Below are positions 38,958-49,228 of a DNA stretch of 64,000 nucleotides, one piece after another (position 1 is the stretch's first letter; every line of letters starts with the position of its first letter). Source of the DNA: Candidatus Thorarchaeota archaeon (GTDB lineage Archaea; Asgardarchaeota; Thorarchaeia; Thorarchaeales; Thorarchaeaceae); NCBI GenBank assembly GCA_029855935.1, contig JAGSHN010000019.1, positions 41,216 to 105,215 on the forward strand, written 5' to 3'. Below the pieces are notes generated by a model, which saw nothing but the letters and a program-made list of their open reading frames with translations, made no database searches and was not told where the DNA came from. A program made the translations under genes and the position numbers.

Positions 38958-39787
38958 TGGGAGACTTCAGTGCGGAGACTATCAGTCATATTGACAGGAA
39001 ATACGTTCAGGACCTGCTGGCGAAGGGCGAGCGTGTCGACGGGCGTGCCTTCGACGAGTACCGTGACATTGAGATTCAGGTGGATGTCGTGGCCGCCAAG
39101 TCCGAGGGCTCAGCCATCGCACGTATCGGCGACACCCGCGTCATTGCTGGTGTGAAAGTCCTTGTTGGAGAGCCGTATCCGGACACACCTGACGAGGGCG
39201 TCACTATGATCACTGCGGAGATGGCGCCAATCGCTTCGCCGCTCTTCGAGGTTGGTCCTCCCAAAGAGGATGCAATCGAGCTCGCCAGAGTTGTAGACCG
39301 TGGTGTCCGCGAGTCTGAGTCAGTCGATGTCAAGGGTCTGGTGATAGAGCCCGGCAAGAAGGTCTACATGGTCTTCTGTGACCTCTACACGCTGGAGTAC
39401 GACGGAAATCTCATTGACGCGTGCTCTCTGGCCGCAAACGCGGCACTGCTGAGCACAAAGTTCGCGGAGATGAAGCTCGAGGACGACGAGGTCGTACCGA
39501 CTGGCCGTGAACTTGAGATACCGATCAAGAATCTTGCAGTGGAGTGTACCGTTTCCAAGATTGGAGAGCATCTGGTTGTTGACCCGGTGCTCAAAGAAGA
39601 GATGGTCCAGGACTGCCGGCTCACTATGGCAGTCGACCTCAACGATCACTTCACGGCCATGCAGAAGGGTGGCGGCACTGGCCCCATTGCGCTGAAACAG
39701 GTCGAGGAGGCAATGGACATCGCCCTTGAGAAGGCCCAGGCACTTCGCGAGGTGATCTTTGAGGCTACGGGACGGCGCATCGGTTAG
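38957..39787 (+). CDS. rrp42: Exosome core Rrp42
   Basis: RVDGRAFDEYR, ELARVVDRGVRES, DGNLIDA, MQKGG. Confidence 0.96.
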   Translation: MGDFSAETISHIDRKYVQDLLAKGERVDGRAFDEYRDIEIQVDVVAAKSEGSAIARIGDTRVIAGVKVLVGEPYPDTPDEGVTMITAEMAPIASPLFEVGPPKEDAIELARVVDRGVRESESVDVKGLVIEPGKKVYMVFCDLYTLEYDGNLIDACSLAANAALLSTKFAEMKLEDDEVVPTGRELEIPIKNLAVECTVSKIGEHLVVDPVLKEEMVQDCRLTMAVDLNDHFTAMQKGGGTGPIALKQVEEAMDIALEKAQALREVIFEATGRRIG

Positions 39788-40020
39788 GCTTGTCCTGACC
39801 GTGCCCCTCTCCCCTCTCCCAGCACAACTAGGCGCCAGCTCCTGCTCGTCTGGATCATCGTCCTGTGATGCCCTCTCGAAGTGGGGCTGGACAGATACGC
39901 TAATAAGGCGAACCGACGGGCGACTGATTGGCTCCGGCAGGCCCGTTGTGCGTCGTAAACACGATGACGAGTTCGGAGTCCGTGATGATCACAGCAGTAT
40001 AGAGATAGGAGACTGTTGAC

Positions 40021-40428
40021 TTGGCGCGAACCAAGAAGGTTGGAAGCACAGGACGTTTCGGTCCACGCTACGGTGCGAAGCTACGCCGGCGAGTATTGGA
40101 GATAGAGCGTAAGAGAGCCGAACCACACCGTTGTCCATCCTGTGCGACGAGAGGGTCGGTCCGCAGAAGGGCTGCAGGTCTCTGGGAGTGTCGGAAGTGC
40201 GGTCTGGTCTTTGCTGGAGGTGCATACGTACCGTTCACCGATGCCGGAAAGGCTGCGCGACGGGCCATCGCTCAGAGAGTCTCCGACAGCCTGCTTGCTC
40301 TTCGCGAGGCCGAGGAGCGGGAGGCGGAGGCCAAGGTCGCGCCCACGCCAGAGATCGAGACGATTCCCGAGGTGGAGGTCACCGACAAGGCCCAGCCTGA
40401 GGATGCGGGACAGGGCCCAGAGAACTAG
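40021..40428 (+). CDS. rpl37ae: 50S ribosomal protein eL43 (L37Ae) with acidic C-terminal extension
   Basis: GRFGPRYGAKLR, CPSC..CRKC zinc ribbon, AGGAY. Confidence 0.95.
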   Translation: MARTKKVGSTGRFGPRYGAKLRRRVLEIERKRAEPHRCPSCATRGSVRRRAAGLWECRKCGLVFAGGAYVPFTDAGKAARRAIAQRVSDSLLALREAEEREAEAKVAPTPEIETIPEVEVTDKAQPEDAGQGPEN

Positions 40429-40461
40429 ACCTGTCATCAACTTGGCAGACCTCTGACGTTG

Positions 40462-41025
40462 ATGCTCCTCATCACAACCTCCCGGCGTACTTCGAACAGG
40501 GTTCGGTCGTTTGTCCGCGACTTGGAGAGCGTTTTGCCCCCCAGCCAGCGGTTCAACCGCGGCAATATGGGGATGGAGGAGCTGGTGCAGCGTGTTCTCT
40601 CCTCCGGGGCAAAGGCGGCTCTTATTGTCACTCTGCACAAGGGCAATCCCGGAGTGCTTCGCGTCATATACCCCGATGGCAGCGAACGTGTCAGGCTGAA
40701 GATAGAGAGTGCGGCACTCCGCCGTGAGGTGCTTCCGCGGCGCAAGATCCGTATAGAGCGCATCAACTCTCTTACAATCCCTCCTGCCGCCTCTCTGCAG
40801 ACATCCCGGCTTGCGGACCAGCTGGGAGAGATTCTGGACGTTCCTGTCGAGGAGATCCACCATCTCCAGTCAATGGGACCTGATGGTCGTGGTGCCGTCG
40901 ACATACGTCTGACAGACTTATACGGGGGCAGAACTCTATGGACACATCACTATGCAGAGGACGGCGTGGAGATAGGCCCCCGGATCCGCATCGCCGCTGC
41001 GAGGTGGAACTATGACGGCGGCTAG
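40462..41025 (+). CDS. Brix-domain ribosome biogenesis protein (Imp4-like)
   Basis: LITTSRRTSNRVRSF, NRG, KGNP, EIGPRI. Confidence 0.88.
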   Translation: MLLITTSRRTSNRVRSFVRDLESVLPPSQRFNRGNMGMEELVQRVLSSGAKAALIVTLHKGNPGVLRVIYPDGSERVRLKIESAALRREVLPRRKIRIERINSLTIPPAASLQTSRLADQLGEILDVPVEEIHHLQSMGPDGRGAVDIRLTDLYGGRTLWTHHYAEDGVEIGPRIRIAAARWNYDGG

Positions 41026-41296
41026 GACCTCTTGGCTCAGGGGTGGAGAAGTGAGGCTTGAGCTGGAGCTCCATTCCCCGGAGCAGGTGGAGACCCTTCT
41101 GACGGCGCTGGCACCAGAGACGGAGTCAGCCCCCTCTGACCGTTCGAAGGTCCGCCTCCGTTCAGAGGGTCGGACACTGATCATCCACATCACCGCAGAG
41201 GACCTTGTAGCGCTGCGTGCAGCAACAAACTCCTATCTCTCCTGGGTCTCAGCGTGCCAACGGGCTATGGACGCGGTGACAGGCCAAAAGCCTTAA
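41012..41296 (+). CDS. pcc1: KEOPS subunit Pcc1
   Basis: ALAPE, ITAEDLVALRAATNSYLSW. Confidence 0.88.
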   Translation: MTAARTSWLRGGEVRLELELHSPEQVETLLTALAPETESAPSDRSKVRLRSEGRTLIIHITAEDLVALRAATNSYLSWVSACQRAMDAVTGQKP

Positions 41297-41351
41297 GTCC
41301 CGTGCGCTGAGGCGCAGTCAAGCGGTCCGAGTTTTAGGGAGACTGAACGGT

Positions 41352-41708
41352 ATGGCGCAGCGGTTACCCCCCGAAGTCGAACAGGAGTATATGAAGTACG
41401 AGAACCTGCGGAGGCAGTACGAGGCCCTTCAGGTGGCAGTCCAGTCCATGAAGAACGAGTTGACGGAGCTCTCGACGACGCTCGAGGAGCTATCAAAGAT
41501 CCCTGATGACACTGTGACGTACAGGGTCGTCGGTCAGGTCATGTTTCGTGTTGACAAGCCCGCTCTCGTCGAGACTCTTGAGGACAGGAAGCGGACGACG
41601 GAGATTGCCCTAGAGTCCTACAAGAAGAAGCTGGACGCGAGCGTCGAGAAGCTGCAGGAGCTCGGCGCCAAGCTTCAGGCGGAGTTCGCAAAACTGGGAA
41701 TCAAGTAA
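41352..41708 (+). CDS. pfdB: Prefoldin beta subunit
   Basis: Coiled coils flanking the TYRVVGQVMF beta hairpin. Confidence 0.92.
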   Translation: MAQRLPPEVEQEYMKYENLRRQYEALQVAVQSMKNELTELSTTLEELSKIPDDTVTYRVVGQVMFRVDKPALVETLEDRKRTTEIALESYKKKLDASVEKLQELGAKLQAEFAKLGIK

Positions 41709-41717
41709 GGGATTGTG

Positions 41718-42017
41718 ATGGTGCGGGTCACAGAGGTCGGTCTGCCAGACCTGAGCGAGGACGACATTCACCGGCTCGCGGAAGAGTGCGAGGGAGAGAT
41801 CACACGGTTCATTCTGCGAATGGTCCCGGAGAAGAGCATAGACGAACTGATAGTGACGTGCAGTATCGACCTCAGTGACGTTCTCACTCTGGACGTTGAC
41901 ATTGAGCTGTCACAGAAGTACAGCACGGGCCACTCTCTGGATGAGGTGATCGAGCAGGCCGCAGAACACGGTCAGGACTGGCTTGAGCAACGTCTTCTGG
42001 AGATGAAGCATAATTGA
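41718..42017 (+). CDS. DUF3194-like protein
   Basis: VGLPDLSEDDI N-terminus; typical position after pfdB. Confidence 0.65.
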   Translation: MVRVTEVGLPDLSEDDIHRLAEECEGEITRFILRMVPEKSIDELIVTCSIDLSDVLTLDVDIELSQKYSTGHSLDEVIEQAAEHGQDWLEQRLLEMKHN

Positions 42018-43018
42018 ACGTGAGGGACCTCCTCCGCCGCTCTGATAGAGTCCTTGTGGTGGGACACCACAATGCCGACCCGGACGCCGTGTGCTCGATG
42101 ATAGCCCTAGCCGATCTCTATCATCAGATCAATCCGAAGGGCGAAGTGACACTGGCCTGTGAGGATGTGAGCAAGCTCGCTACACAGGTTGTGGGTGTCT
42201 TTGGGCCTGTACCGATGATACTTGAGAACATCGACAAGGACGCCGAGTTTGACCTAGTTGTACTGGTTGATGTCAACAATGTCTTCCAGCTCGGTGAGCT
42301 ACACGACCTTGTGAGGGATCCCTCCCGCACGCTGGTGATTGATCATCACGGTATGAGCCCGGAGGTCGGCTCTGTGGCAGAACATCTTGTGATTGATAGT
42401 GACCGGTCATCGACGTGTGAGATCATAGTCCGCCTCTTCTCTCAGGCCGGCACTCCGCTCAAGCCGTACATTGCTAACCTCCTACTGTGTGGCATCCTCT
42501 ATGACACTCGTAGGTTCTACTATGGTGACTCTGACACTCTCCGGACAGCAATCTCACTGATTGAGGCTGGTGCGGACTACTCGGCCTGTCTCCGGGCCCT
42601 CGTGATGCGTCCTGATCGCTCTGAGAGGATTGCGCGCCTCAAGGCTGCGAGCCGGCTGAAGATTCATCTCATTGGCGACTGGATTGTTGTGACATCGAAG
42701 GTGAGCGCGTTCGAGGCCAGCGCCTGCCGCTCACTGCTCGACCTTGGCGCTGATGTGGCCATAGTGGGTGGAAAACCCTCCAAAGAGGTTGTCCGACTCA
42801 GTTCGCGGAGCACGAATGAGTTCTACAGAAGGACGGGTGTTGATCTTGGTCGCGACGTGATGACTCCCCTAGGGGAACTGATCGGTGGTGAGGGCGGTGG
42901 TCATCCCAATGCCGCCGGTGCCAATGGTACTCGCAACAGGGACAGGGCCCTGAAGATGGCTGTGGAGCTGATACGTGCCGCCATTGAGCGGGGCTCGTCA
43001 GAGTCTGTCTCGATGTAG
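42014..43018 (+). CDS. DHH/DHHA1 phosphoesterase
   Basis: HHNADPD, LVD, IDHH, GILYDT, GGGHPNAAG. Confidence 0.92.
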   Translation: MNVRDLLRRSDRVLVVGHHNADPDAVCSMIALADLYHQINPKGEVTLACEDVSKLATQVVGVFGPVPMILENIDKDAEFDLVVLVDVNNVFQLGELHDLVRDPSRTLVIDHHGMSPEVGSVAEHLVIDSDRSSTCEIIVRLFSQAGTPLKPYIANLLLCGILYDTRRFYYGDSDTLRTAISLIEAGADYSACLRALVMRPDRSERIARLKAASRLKIHLIGDWIVVTSKVSAFEASACRSLLDLGADVAIVGGKPSKEVVRLSSRSTNEFYRRTGVDLGRDVMTPLGELIGGEGGGHPNAAGANGTRNRDRALKMAVELIRAAIERGSSESVSM

Positions 43019-43032
43019 GAGGTGTTCGGTCC

Positions 43033-43878
43033 ATGGCTCTCATCGAGTGGCACGACTTCTCCTTCAAGTATCTTGGCACTGAGAGTCTTGCTCTCAATAA
43101 GATCAACCTGTCAATCGAGGCAGGCGAATACGTGGTCATCACGGGGCCGTCCGGCTGCGGAAAGACCACACTGTGTCGCACAATCAATGCTCTTGTCCCC
43201 CAGTTCCACAGAGGGTATATTGCCGGAGACGTCATTGTCGACTCGAAGAACACCCGTGAGCACTCTGTTGCCGAGATGGCCACCACAGTCGGCCTTGTGT
43301 TTCAGAATCCCGCAAACCAGCTCGTCACTCTCAATGTGATGAGGGAGCTGGCATTCGGCCCCGAGAACCTCGGCGTCCCACCTGATGAGATTCGCGAACG
43401 CGTGGAGGAGCTGATCTCCCTGTTCGGTCTCGAGGACCTCCGCGACAAGCATCCGCATGAGATGTCTGGTGGCGAGCAGCAGCGGGTGGCCCTTGCTGCG
43501 ACCTTGGCGTTGCGTCCCAAGATACTCGTTGCCGACGAGCCAACCTCGAATCTCGACCCACAGAGTGCCGAACAGATACTTCGTTTCGTTGCTGACCTCA
43601 ACAGACAGGGTATGACAGTGGTCCTTGTGGAGCACAGGCTCGACCTTGTGGCACGTGATGCCACTCGAATTGTCCTGATGAACGAGGGGTCAGTCGTTGC
43701 TGACGGTCCTCCGCGTGAGGTATTGACGATGGACATCTGTCGCAAGATCGGTGTGGGTGTTCCGAAGGCGGTGGAACTGTATCTCCGTCTGGCAAAGAGG
43801 GGCATCAGACTTCGTGAGGTACCCCTCACGAGCGACGAGGTGGCGCGCCTTGTCCAGGAGGTGGTGTCTGCAGTATGA
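43033..43878 (+). CDS. ecfA: ECF transporter ATPase A
   Basis: GPSGCGKT, VFQNP, MSGGEQQR, DEPTSNLD. Confidence 0.9.
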   Translation: MALIEWHDFSFKYLGTESLALNKINLSIEAGEYVVITGPSGCGKTTLCRTINALVPQFHRGYIAGDVIVDSKNTREHSVAEMATTVGLVFQNPANQLVTLNVMRELAFGPENLGVPPDEIRERVEELISLFGLEDLRDKHPHEMSGGEQQRVALAATLALRPKILVADEPTSNLDPQSAEQILRFVADLNRQGMTVVLVEHRLDLVARDATRIVLMNEGSVVADGPPREVLTMDICRKIGVGVPKAVELYLRLAKRGIRLREVPLTSDEVARLVQEVVSAV

Positions 43879-44702
43879 TCATCCTTGAGGATGTCCACTA
43901 TGCCTATGACGGCGTCTATCCCGCGCTCAGGGGTGTTTCACTGCAGATTGATGATGGCGAGTCTGTGGCGATAATGGGTACAAATGGCGCAGGCAAGACG
44001 ACACTGATAAAGCATCTCAATGGACTTCTGCGGCCCGACCGAGGCCGTGTGTTCATAGATGGTGTGGACACATCCACGATGTCTGTGGCTGAGCTCTCGA
44101 GAATCGTCGGACTGGTCTGGCAGAATCCCGACCATCAGTTGTTCCTCGAGTCGGTGGAGAAGGAGGTCATATTCGGCCTCAAGAATCTCGGGTTCTCGGA
44201 TGAGGAGGCGAGAGAGCGCTGCGATGTCACGCTGAGAGATCTGGGTATTGAACATCTGGCCCAGAGATCCCCCTTCACGCTGTCTGGTGGCGAGCGCAAG
44301 CGCGTGACACTTGCCTGTGTTCTGGCCACGGAACCGCGTGTTCTCGCCTTGGATGAGCCGACAATCGGTCAGGACGCACTCCAGAAGGCCCGACTTGGCG
44401 CTATGCTGCAGGCGATGAACGCGTCTGGCCGGACCGTCATTGTTGTCACGCATGATGTGGAGTTCGCGGTGGAAAACTTCAATCGGACAATTGCTATGGC
44501 CGACGGCCGGATAGTTGCGGATGGCCCTACAAGGTCTGTCTTGAGTAACGATCGCGTCATAGAACAATGTTCACTCTCTCCTCCACAGATGACCCTCACT
44601 GCGAGAGCCCTGAACAGGCTCTTTCCGGATGTTCCCACTCGTCTTGCCTTTGTGGAGGAGGTCGAGTCACAGATCGTGCGGCTGCTGGGAGGAGGCGAGT
44701 GA
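43875..44702 (+). CDS. ecfA: ECF transporter ATPase A'
   Basis: GTNGAGKT, QNPDHQLF, LSGGERKR, DEPTIGQD. Confidence 0.9.
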   Translation: MIILEDVHYAYDGVYPALRGVSLQIDDGESVAIMGTNGAGKTTLIKHLNGLLRPDRGRVFIDGVDTSTMSVAELSRIVGLVWQNPDHQLFLESVEKEVIFGLKNLGFSDEEARERCDVTLRDLGIEHLAQRSPFTLSGGERKRVTLACVLATEPRVLALDEPTIGQDALQKARLGAMLQAMNASGRTVIVVTHDVEFAVENFNRTIAMADGRIVADGPTRSVLSNDRVIEQCSLSPPQMTLTARALNRLFPDVPTRLAFVEEVESQIVRLLGGGE

Positions 44703-44703
44703 G

Positions 44704-45474
44704 ATGTCATTCCTCGAGGTCTTCCAGTACACTCGTCAGGACTCTGTCATCCACAGGCTCGATCCGCGTTCGAAGTTCGTCTTCTCAGGAACGTGTGCGG
44801 CCATCTCTCTGATGTTCCTCCAGATAGTCCCGCTCACAATCCTGCTCTTCGCCCTCATCCCTCTGTTGGCCGTCGCCAAGTCACTCGGCCGCTGGATGCG
44901 GAGCATGAGAGGTCTCCTTGGCCTCATCCTATTCATAATGGTCTTCAACACACTCTTTGCCACCGTCCCTCATCCGCTATCATACTCTATCGCACTGACG
45001 CTTCGCCTCATTGCCCTGATGACATCATTCTCACTCTTCTTTCTGACAGTCCATCCGGACGACCTCTCACAGGCGCTGATTCAGCTGCATGTCAAGTTCG
45101 AGTTTGCCTTCGCGATGAGCATGGCAATGAGGTACGTGCCGACGCTTGCTCAAGAGGCTTATGCAATAATGGACGCTCAGAAGGCCCGCGGTGTTGAACT
45201 GGACAAGGGCAACCTCCTCCGTCGTATCAAGAACGTCATCCCGATAATCGTGCCGCTGATAGTGGTGTCCATCCGGAGAGCCCTGTCAGTGGCAGAGAGC
45301 ATGGAATCGAGAGGCTTTGGCGCCAGTGAGAATCGCACCTATCTTGAGCGTCTGCAGTTTCGACGTGGTGATTGGGCCGTCGTACTGGTCTCGCTGCTGC
45401 TTCTCGCCAGTGCGGTCTACATCCGATACTGGCTTGGTCTGCCCGCATGGATGATGTGGGAGTTGCCTCTCTGA
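44704..45474 (+). CDS. ecfT: ECF transporter T component
   Basis: HRLDPRSK, AQKARG, AESMESRGF. Confidence 0.92.
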   Translation: MSFLEVFQYTRQDSVIHRLDPRSKFVFSGTCAAISLMFLQIVPLTILLFALIPLLAVAKSLGRWMRSMRGLLGLILFIMVFNTLFATVPHPLSYSIALTLRLIALMTSFSLFFLTVHPDDLSQALIQLHVKFEFAFAMSMAMRYVPTLAQEAYAIMDAQKARGVELDKGNLLRRIKNVIPIIVPLIVVSIRRALSVAESMESRGFGASENRTYLERLQFRRGDWAVVLVSLLLLASAVYIRYWLGLPAWMMWELPL

Positions 45475-45562
45475 GACTGCGGGTAGTCGTGCTGTCTACG
45501 GTGTTCCTGCTACCAGTCTTGTGTCATAGTTTATCTTGTAGTAGTGCATCTGTATACGTGCA

Positions 45563-46147
45563 ATGAATCCCATCAAAGGCGTCAAGCTTCCGCGTCGCAG
45601 ATCGTATACATTGAAGCGACTCCTGCAGGATGCAATGACGATTCAAGCGACACCCGGGGTCATCCAGAGACTGGGGAGCGAGGTCATCTATGCGGAGTGG
45701 AAGTTTGCGCAGGAGCAATTTGGGCCTGACAGTCCGATAACCCAGGGCCTGGCGAAGGCGCTCAGCTTTATGGAGAAGGAGTACGAGCGCATGCTTCTGG
45801 AGGGCGAGATCTCATCGCCCACTGACACACCACGGGCGGCCCTACAGAAGCTTCTCAAATCTCTTCCCAAGGAGGCCAAGGATCACGTCCTTGTGCGCGA
45901 CCCAGCCTATATCCATCAGGTCTTGGAGGAGGTTCTCGAGGACAGGCTCCGCGAGCTGGAGCGATGCAGCCAGATCGAGGCGGGCCTCAGACGCGAGGTT
46001 GAGGAGAACCCCGATGACCCTGACCTGTATAATCAGCTCCGTGTGGTTCTGTGGCTCAAGGGTGACTTTGAAGAGTCGAGTAAGGTCTTCGCACGCGCGA
46101 GGGAACTGGGCTGGTCGCCAGACAGGTCTGCGCTTGTGGCCCTGTAG
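45563..46147 (+). CDS. Hypothetical helical protein with C-terminal TPR-like repeat
   Basis: NPDDPDLYNQLRVVLWLKGDFEESSKVFARAREL. Confidence 0.65.
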   Translation: MNPIKGVKLPRRRSYTLKRLLQDAMTIQATPGVIQRLGSEVIYAEWKFAQEQFGPDSPITQGLAKALSFMEKEYERMLLEGEISSPTDTPRAALQKLLKSLPKEAKDHVLVRDPAYIHQVLEEVLEDRLRELERCSQIEAGLRREVEENPDDPDLYNQLRVVLWLKGDFEESSKVFARARELGWSPDRSALVAL

Positions 46148-46291
46148 CATCTCTGGATGGTAGGACAGGATGACCTACAACGCGCAGTCTAGCGCTCGTC
46201 GAAGCATTTATTCAAATCTGTGTGCCACGTCGCGGCGTGCCTGTGACAGGCTGTTGCCACCCTGATACGAGTAGTTCGCGGAAGTGATTGA

Positions 46292-48316
46292 ATGATGTTT
46301 GATGTGTCCAAGGCGATGACCATCTCGCTGTCGGACGAGTTTCCTCCCGACCCTGTGTTTGATCCCAAGATCCGGAGGGCACCAAGCAGGGGCTTCACGC
46401 TCACAGAGAAGGAAACCGTCCTCGCCCTCAAGAACGCGCTCAGGTATGTCCCTGAGAAGCTGCACAAGCGTCTTGCCCCTGAGTTCCTCAAGGAACTGAT
46501 GGATCGTGGTCGTATCTATGCCTACAGATACAGGCCGCCGGGCAGGATATACGCGCGGCCTGTCGACGAATACAGGGGGATTCTTGAGGCGCGGGCCATC
46601 CAGGTGATGATTGACAACAATCTGGACTTTGATGTGGCGCTGTATCCCTATGAACTCGTCACATATGGTGAGACTGGCCAAGTATGTCAGAACTGGATGC
46701 AGTACCGCCTCATCAAGAAGTACCTTGAGGTGATGACAGAAGAGCAGACCCTCATCGTCATGTCTGGCCATCCGCTGGGGCTGTTCCCATCTCGTCGTGA
46801 CGCGCCACGGGTGATATCCACAAACGGTCTAATGGTGGGCATGTTTGACACACCTGAGGAGTTTCACCGTGCACAGGCCCTTGGGGTGGCCAACTACGGT
46901 CAGATGACAGCTGGTGGCTGGATGTACATTGGTCCCCAGGGCATAGTCCACGGGACGTATATCACACTGCTCAATGCCGGACGGCTCTATCTGGGCGTGC
47001 CTCCTGACAAGGACCTGAGCGGACATGTGTATCTCAGCTCTGGTCTTGGCGGAATGAGCGGTGCGCAGGCCAAGGCAATTGAGATTGCAGGCGGCATTGG
47101 CATCATCGCTGAGGTTGACAAGAGCCGCATCGACACCAGATTGGAGCAGGGTTGGTTGTCGAAGTGGACCGACGACCTAGACCAAGTCTTTGAGTGGGTG
47201 GAGGAGCATCGCAAGACGGGAGCTCCAGTGTCCATAGGCTACTACGGAAATGTCGTGGACCTCTGGCAGTACGTTGTGGACAAGAACATCCCGATAGAGC
47301 TTGCCTCTGACCAGACATCCTGCCATGCGGTCTACGAGGGTGGCTATACTCCTCAGGGAGTGACGTATGAGGAGGGCAAGAGGCTGCTGAAGGAGAACTT
47401 CGACGAGTTCAGACGACTGGTCGACAGGTCGCTCCGCAAGCAGTTCGAGCTCATCAGGACAATGGCGGAGCGGGGCACCCACTTCTGGGACTACGGAAAC
47501 AGCTTTATGAAGGCCGTCTTCGACGCTGGAGTGAGAGAGATTGCGAAGAACGGTCATGACACCTCTGAAGGCTTCATATTTCCCTCCTATGTCGAGGACA
47601 TAATGGGCCCAATCTGCTTCGACTACGGCTACGGTCCGTTCAGGTGGGTCTGTCTGAGCGGCAAGCACGAGGACCTCATCGAGACGGACAGGGCCGCTAT
47701 GTCGTGTATCGATCCCACGCGACGTGCTCAGGACCGCGACAACTACGTCTGGATACGCGATGCAGAGAAGAACAATCTCGTGGTTGGCTCAGAAGCGCGA
47801 ATTCTCTATGCCGATGCGGCAGGCCGTGTCAAGATTGCTCTCAAGTTCAACCAGCTGGTGCGCGAGGGCAAGATTGGTCCTGTCATGCTCGGCCGTGATC
47901 ATCACGACACTGGTGGCACTGACTCGCCCTTCAGAGAGACCTCGAACATCCGTGATGGCAGCAATGTGATGAGCGATATGGCACACCACTGTTGGGCAGG
48001 AAACGCTGCCCGTGGCATGACGATGGTAGTTCTCTCCAACGGTGGCGGTGTGGGAACTGGCAAGGCAATCAACGGCGGCTTCGGTCTGGTCCTTGATGGC
48101 AGTGAGCGCGTCGACAGGATAATCCGCTCTGCGCTGGACTGGGACGTGATGAGTGGCGTGGCTCGAAGGGCGTGGGCCCGCAACGAACACGCGCTTGAGA
48201 CGGCTATCGAATGGAACGAGCGGATGGAGGGCCAGGGCCACATCACTCTGCCATATATCCCGGAGGAGGGCCTCGTCGAGGAGCTTGTCAGAGAGGCCTT
48301 CGAGGAGCGCAGGTGA
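46292..48316 (+). CDS. hutU: Urocanate hydratase (long UROC1-like form)
   Basis: YPYELVTYG, GQMTAG, GPQGIVHGT, GLGGMSGAQ, SDQTSCH, GRDHHD. Confidence 0.96.
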   Translation: MMFDVSKAMTISLSDEFPPDPVFDPKIRRAPSRGFTLTEKETVLALKNALRYVPEKLHKRLAPEFLKELMDRGRIYAYRYRPPGRIYARPVDEYRGILEARAIQVMIDNNLDFDVALYPYELVTYGETGQVCQNWMQYRLIKKYLEVMTEEQTLIVMSGHPLGLFPSRRDAPRVISTNGLMVGMFDTPEEFHRAQALGVANYGQMTAGGWMYIGPQGIVHGTYITLLNAGRLYLGVPPDKDLSGHVYLSSGLGGMSGAQAKAIEIAGGIGIIAEVDKSRIDTRLEQGWLSKWTDDLDQVFEWVEEHRKTGAPVSIGYYGNVVDLWQYVVDKNIPIELASDQTSCHAVYEGGYTPQGVTYEEGKRLLKENFDEFRRLVDRSLRKQFELIRTMAERGTHFWDYGNSFMKAVFDAGVREIAKNGHDTSEGFIFPSYVEDIMGPICFDYGYGPFRWVCLSGKHEDLIETDRAAMSCIDPTRRAQDRDNYVWIRDAEKNNLVVGSEARILYADAAGRVKIALKFNQLVREGKIGPVMLGRDHHDTGGTDSPFRETSNIRDGSNVMSDMAHHCWAGNAARGMTMVVLSNGGGVGTGKAINGGFGLVLDGSERVDRIIRSALDWDVMSGVARRAWARNEHALETAIEWNERMEGQGHITLPYIPEEGLVEELVREAFEERR

Positions 48317-48328
48317 GTCCTACTACTG

Positions 48329-48360
48329 GCGGCGACGGGGGTCATAGCGGCCCCCGCCGC
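48329..48360. terminator. GC-rich hairpin between convergent hutU and nfi
   Basis: GCGGC-gac-GGGGGTC-atagc-GGCCCCC-GCCGC. Confidence 0.45.
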
Positions 48361-48373
48361 AGTGGTCCCTTCA

Positions 48374-49033
48374 TCAGCGGGTCTCGCTCTGACTGGCGAG
48401 CCCGTGTTTCAGTACATCTCCTGACAGGATGTGCGCCTCACGGATTGGCTGTACGGCCCCATCCCATATTGATGATCTCACTACGCGTATTGCAGTCTCG
48501 AGGCTGACACCGTGTCCCACCGAGACGTATATCGGTCGTCCTCGTCCCTCGGGCCAGAGTGCTGCGCCCAGCACCTCGTCATCCTCTGTCACCATAGCGA
48601 CATCCCCCGCACGTTCTCGTATGGTCCCAAGCAGCAGGCTCTTTGCAACACCTATCGTCTGTATGCCGAGTTCCACGCCCACCAGACAGGCCAGACCGAA
48701 TCTGCGCGGATGGAGGATGCCGTTCGCATCAATCAGGACAGGACCGTCCGGGCGGAACTGTCGTAATACCCGGATGATTGGAGGTCCCTCCCGCAACTGG
48801 AAGGCGCCCGGGATGTACTCTGCCTCAACGTGGTCCACATGATGCCCCACACGCAGAACGCGGCGTGAATGGATGTCCATCTCGACAGCACATGCCACGG
48901 CCAACGGGTCAGCATAGGCGACATCCACTCCTGTGACGCGTGTTACCTCGATAGGCCGGATGTCAGCCTGAATGACCTCATGCGCCCTTCTTCTCTGCTC
49001 CTCGTATACCTCTCGAAGGCGTTTCTCATCCAT
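48374..49033 (-). CDS. nfi: Endonuclease V
   Basis: GVDVAY, YIPG..LRE, IDANGILHPRRFGLA, GVAKS, PIYVSVGH. Confidence 0.93.
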   Translation of the reverse strand: MDEKRLREVYEEQRRRAHEVIQADIRPIEVTRVTGVDVAYADPLAVACAVEMDIHSRRVLRVGHHVDHVEAEYIPGAFQLREGPPIIRVLRQFRPDGPVLIDANGILHPRRFGLACLVGVELGIQTIGVAKSLLLGTIRERAGDVAMVTEDDEVLGAALWPEGRGRPIYVSVGHGVSLETAIRVVRSSIWDGAVQPIREAHILSGDVLKHGLASQSETR

Positions 49034-49228
49034 CGATACAATCCCGCCGACACGGAGAACAATCTGAGCGCAGTCCTCCCGCGACGAACTTACGTCTTGT
49101 GATTGTCATTCAGTCATAACCGAATGAGGATATACTGTGAGTCTCGCGTACGGCAAGTCTTAAAGCAGGGCTCCAAGACAGCGTAAGTCGCTGAGAGCAG
49201 GGTCATCTCACAGGGTGTTGATCAAGGG

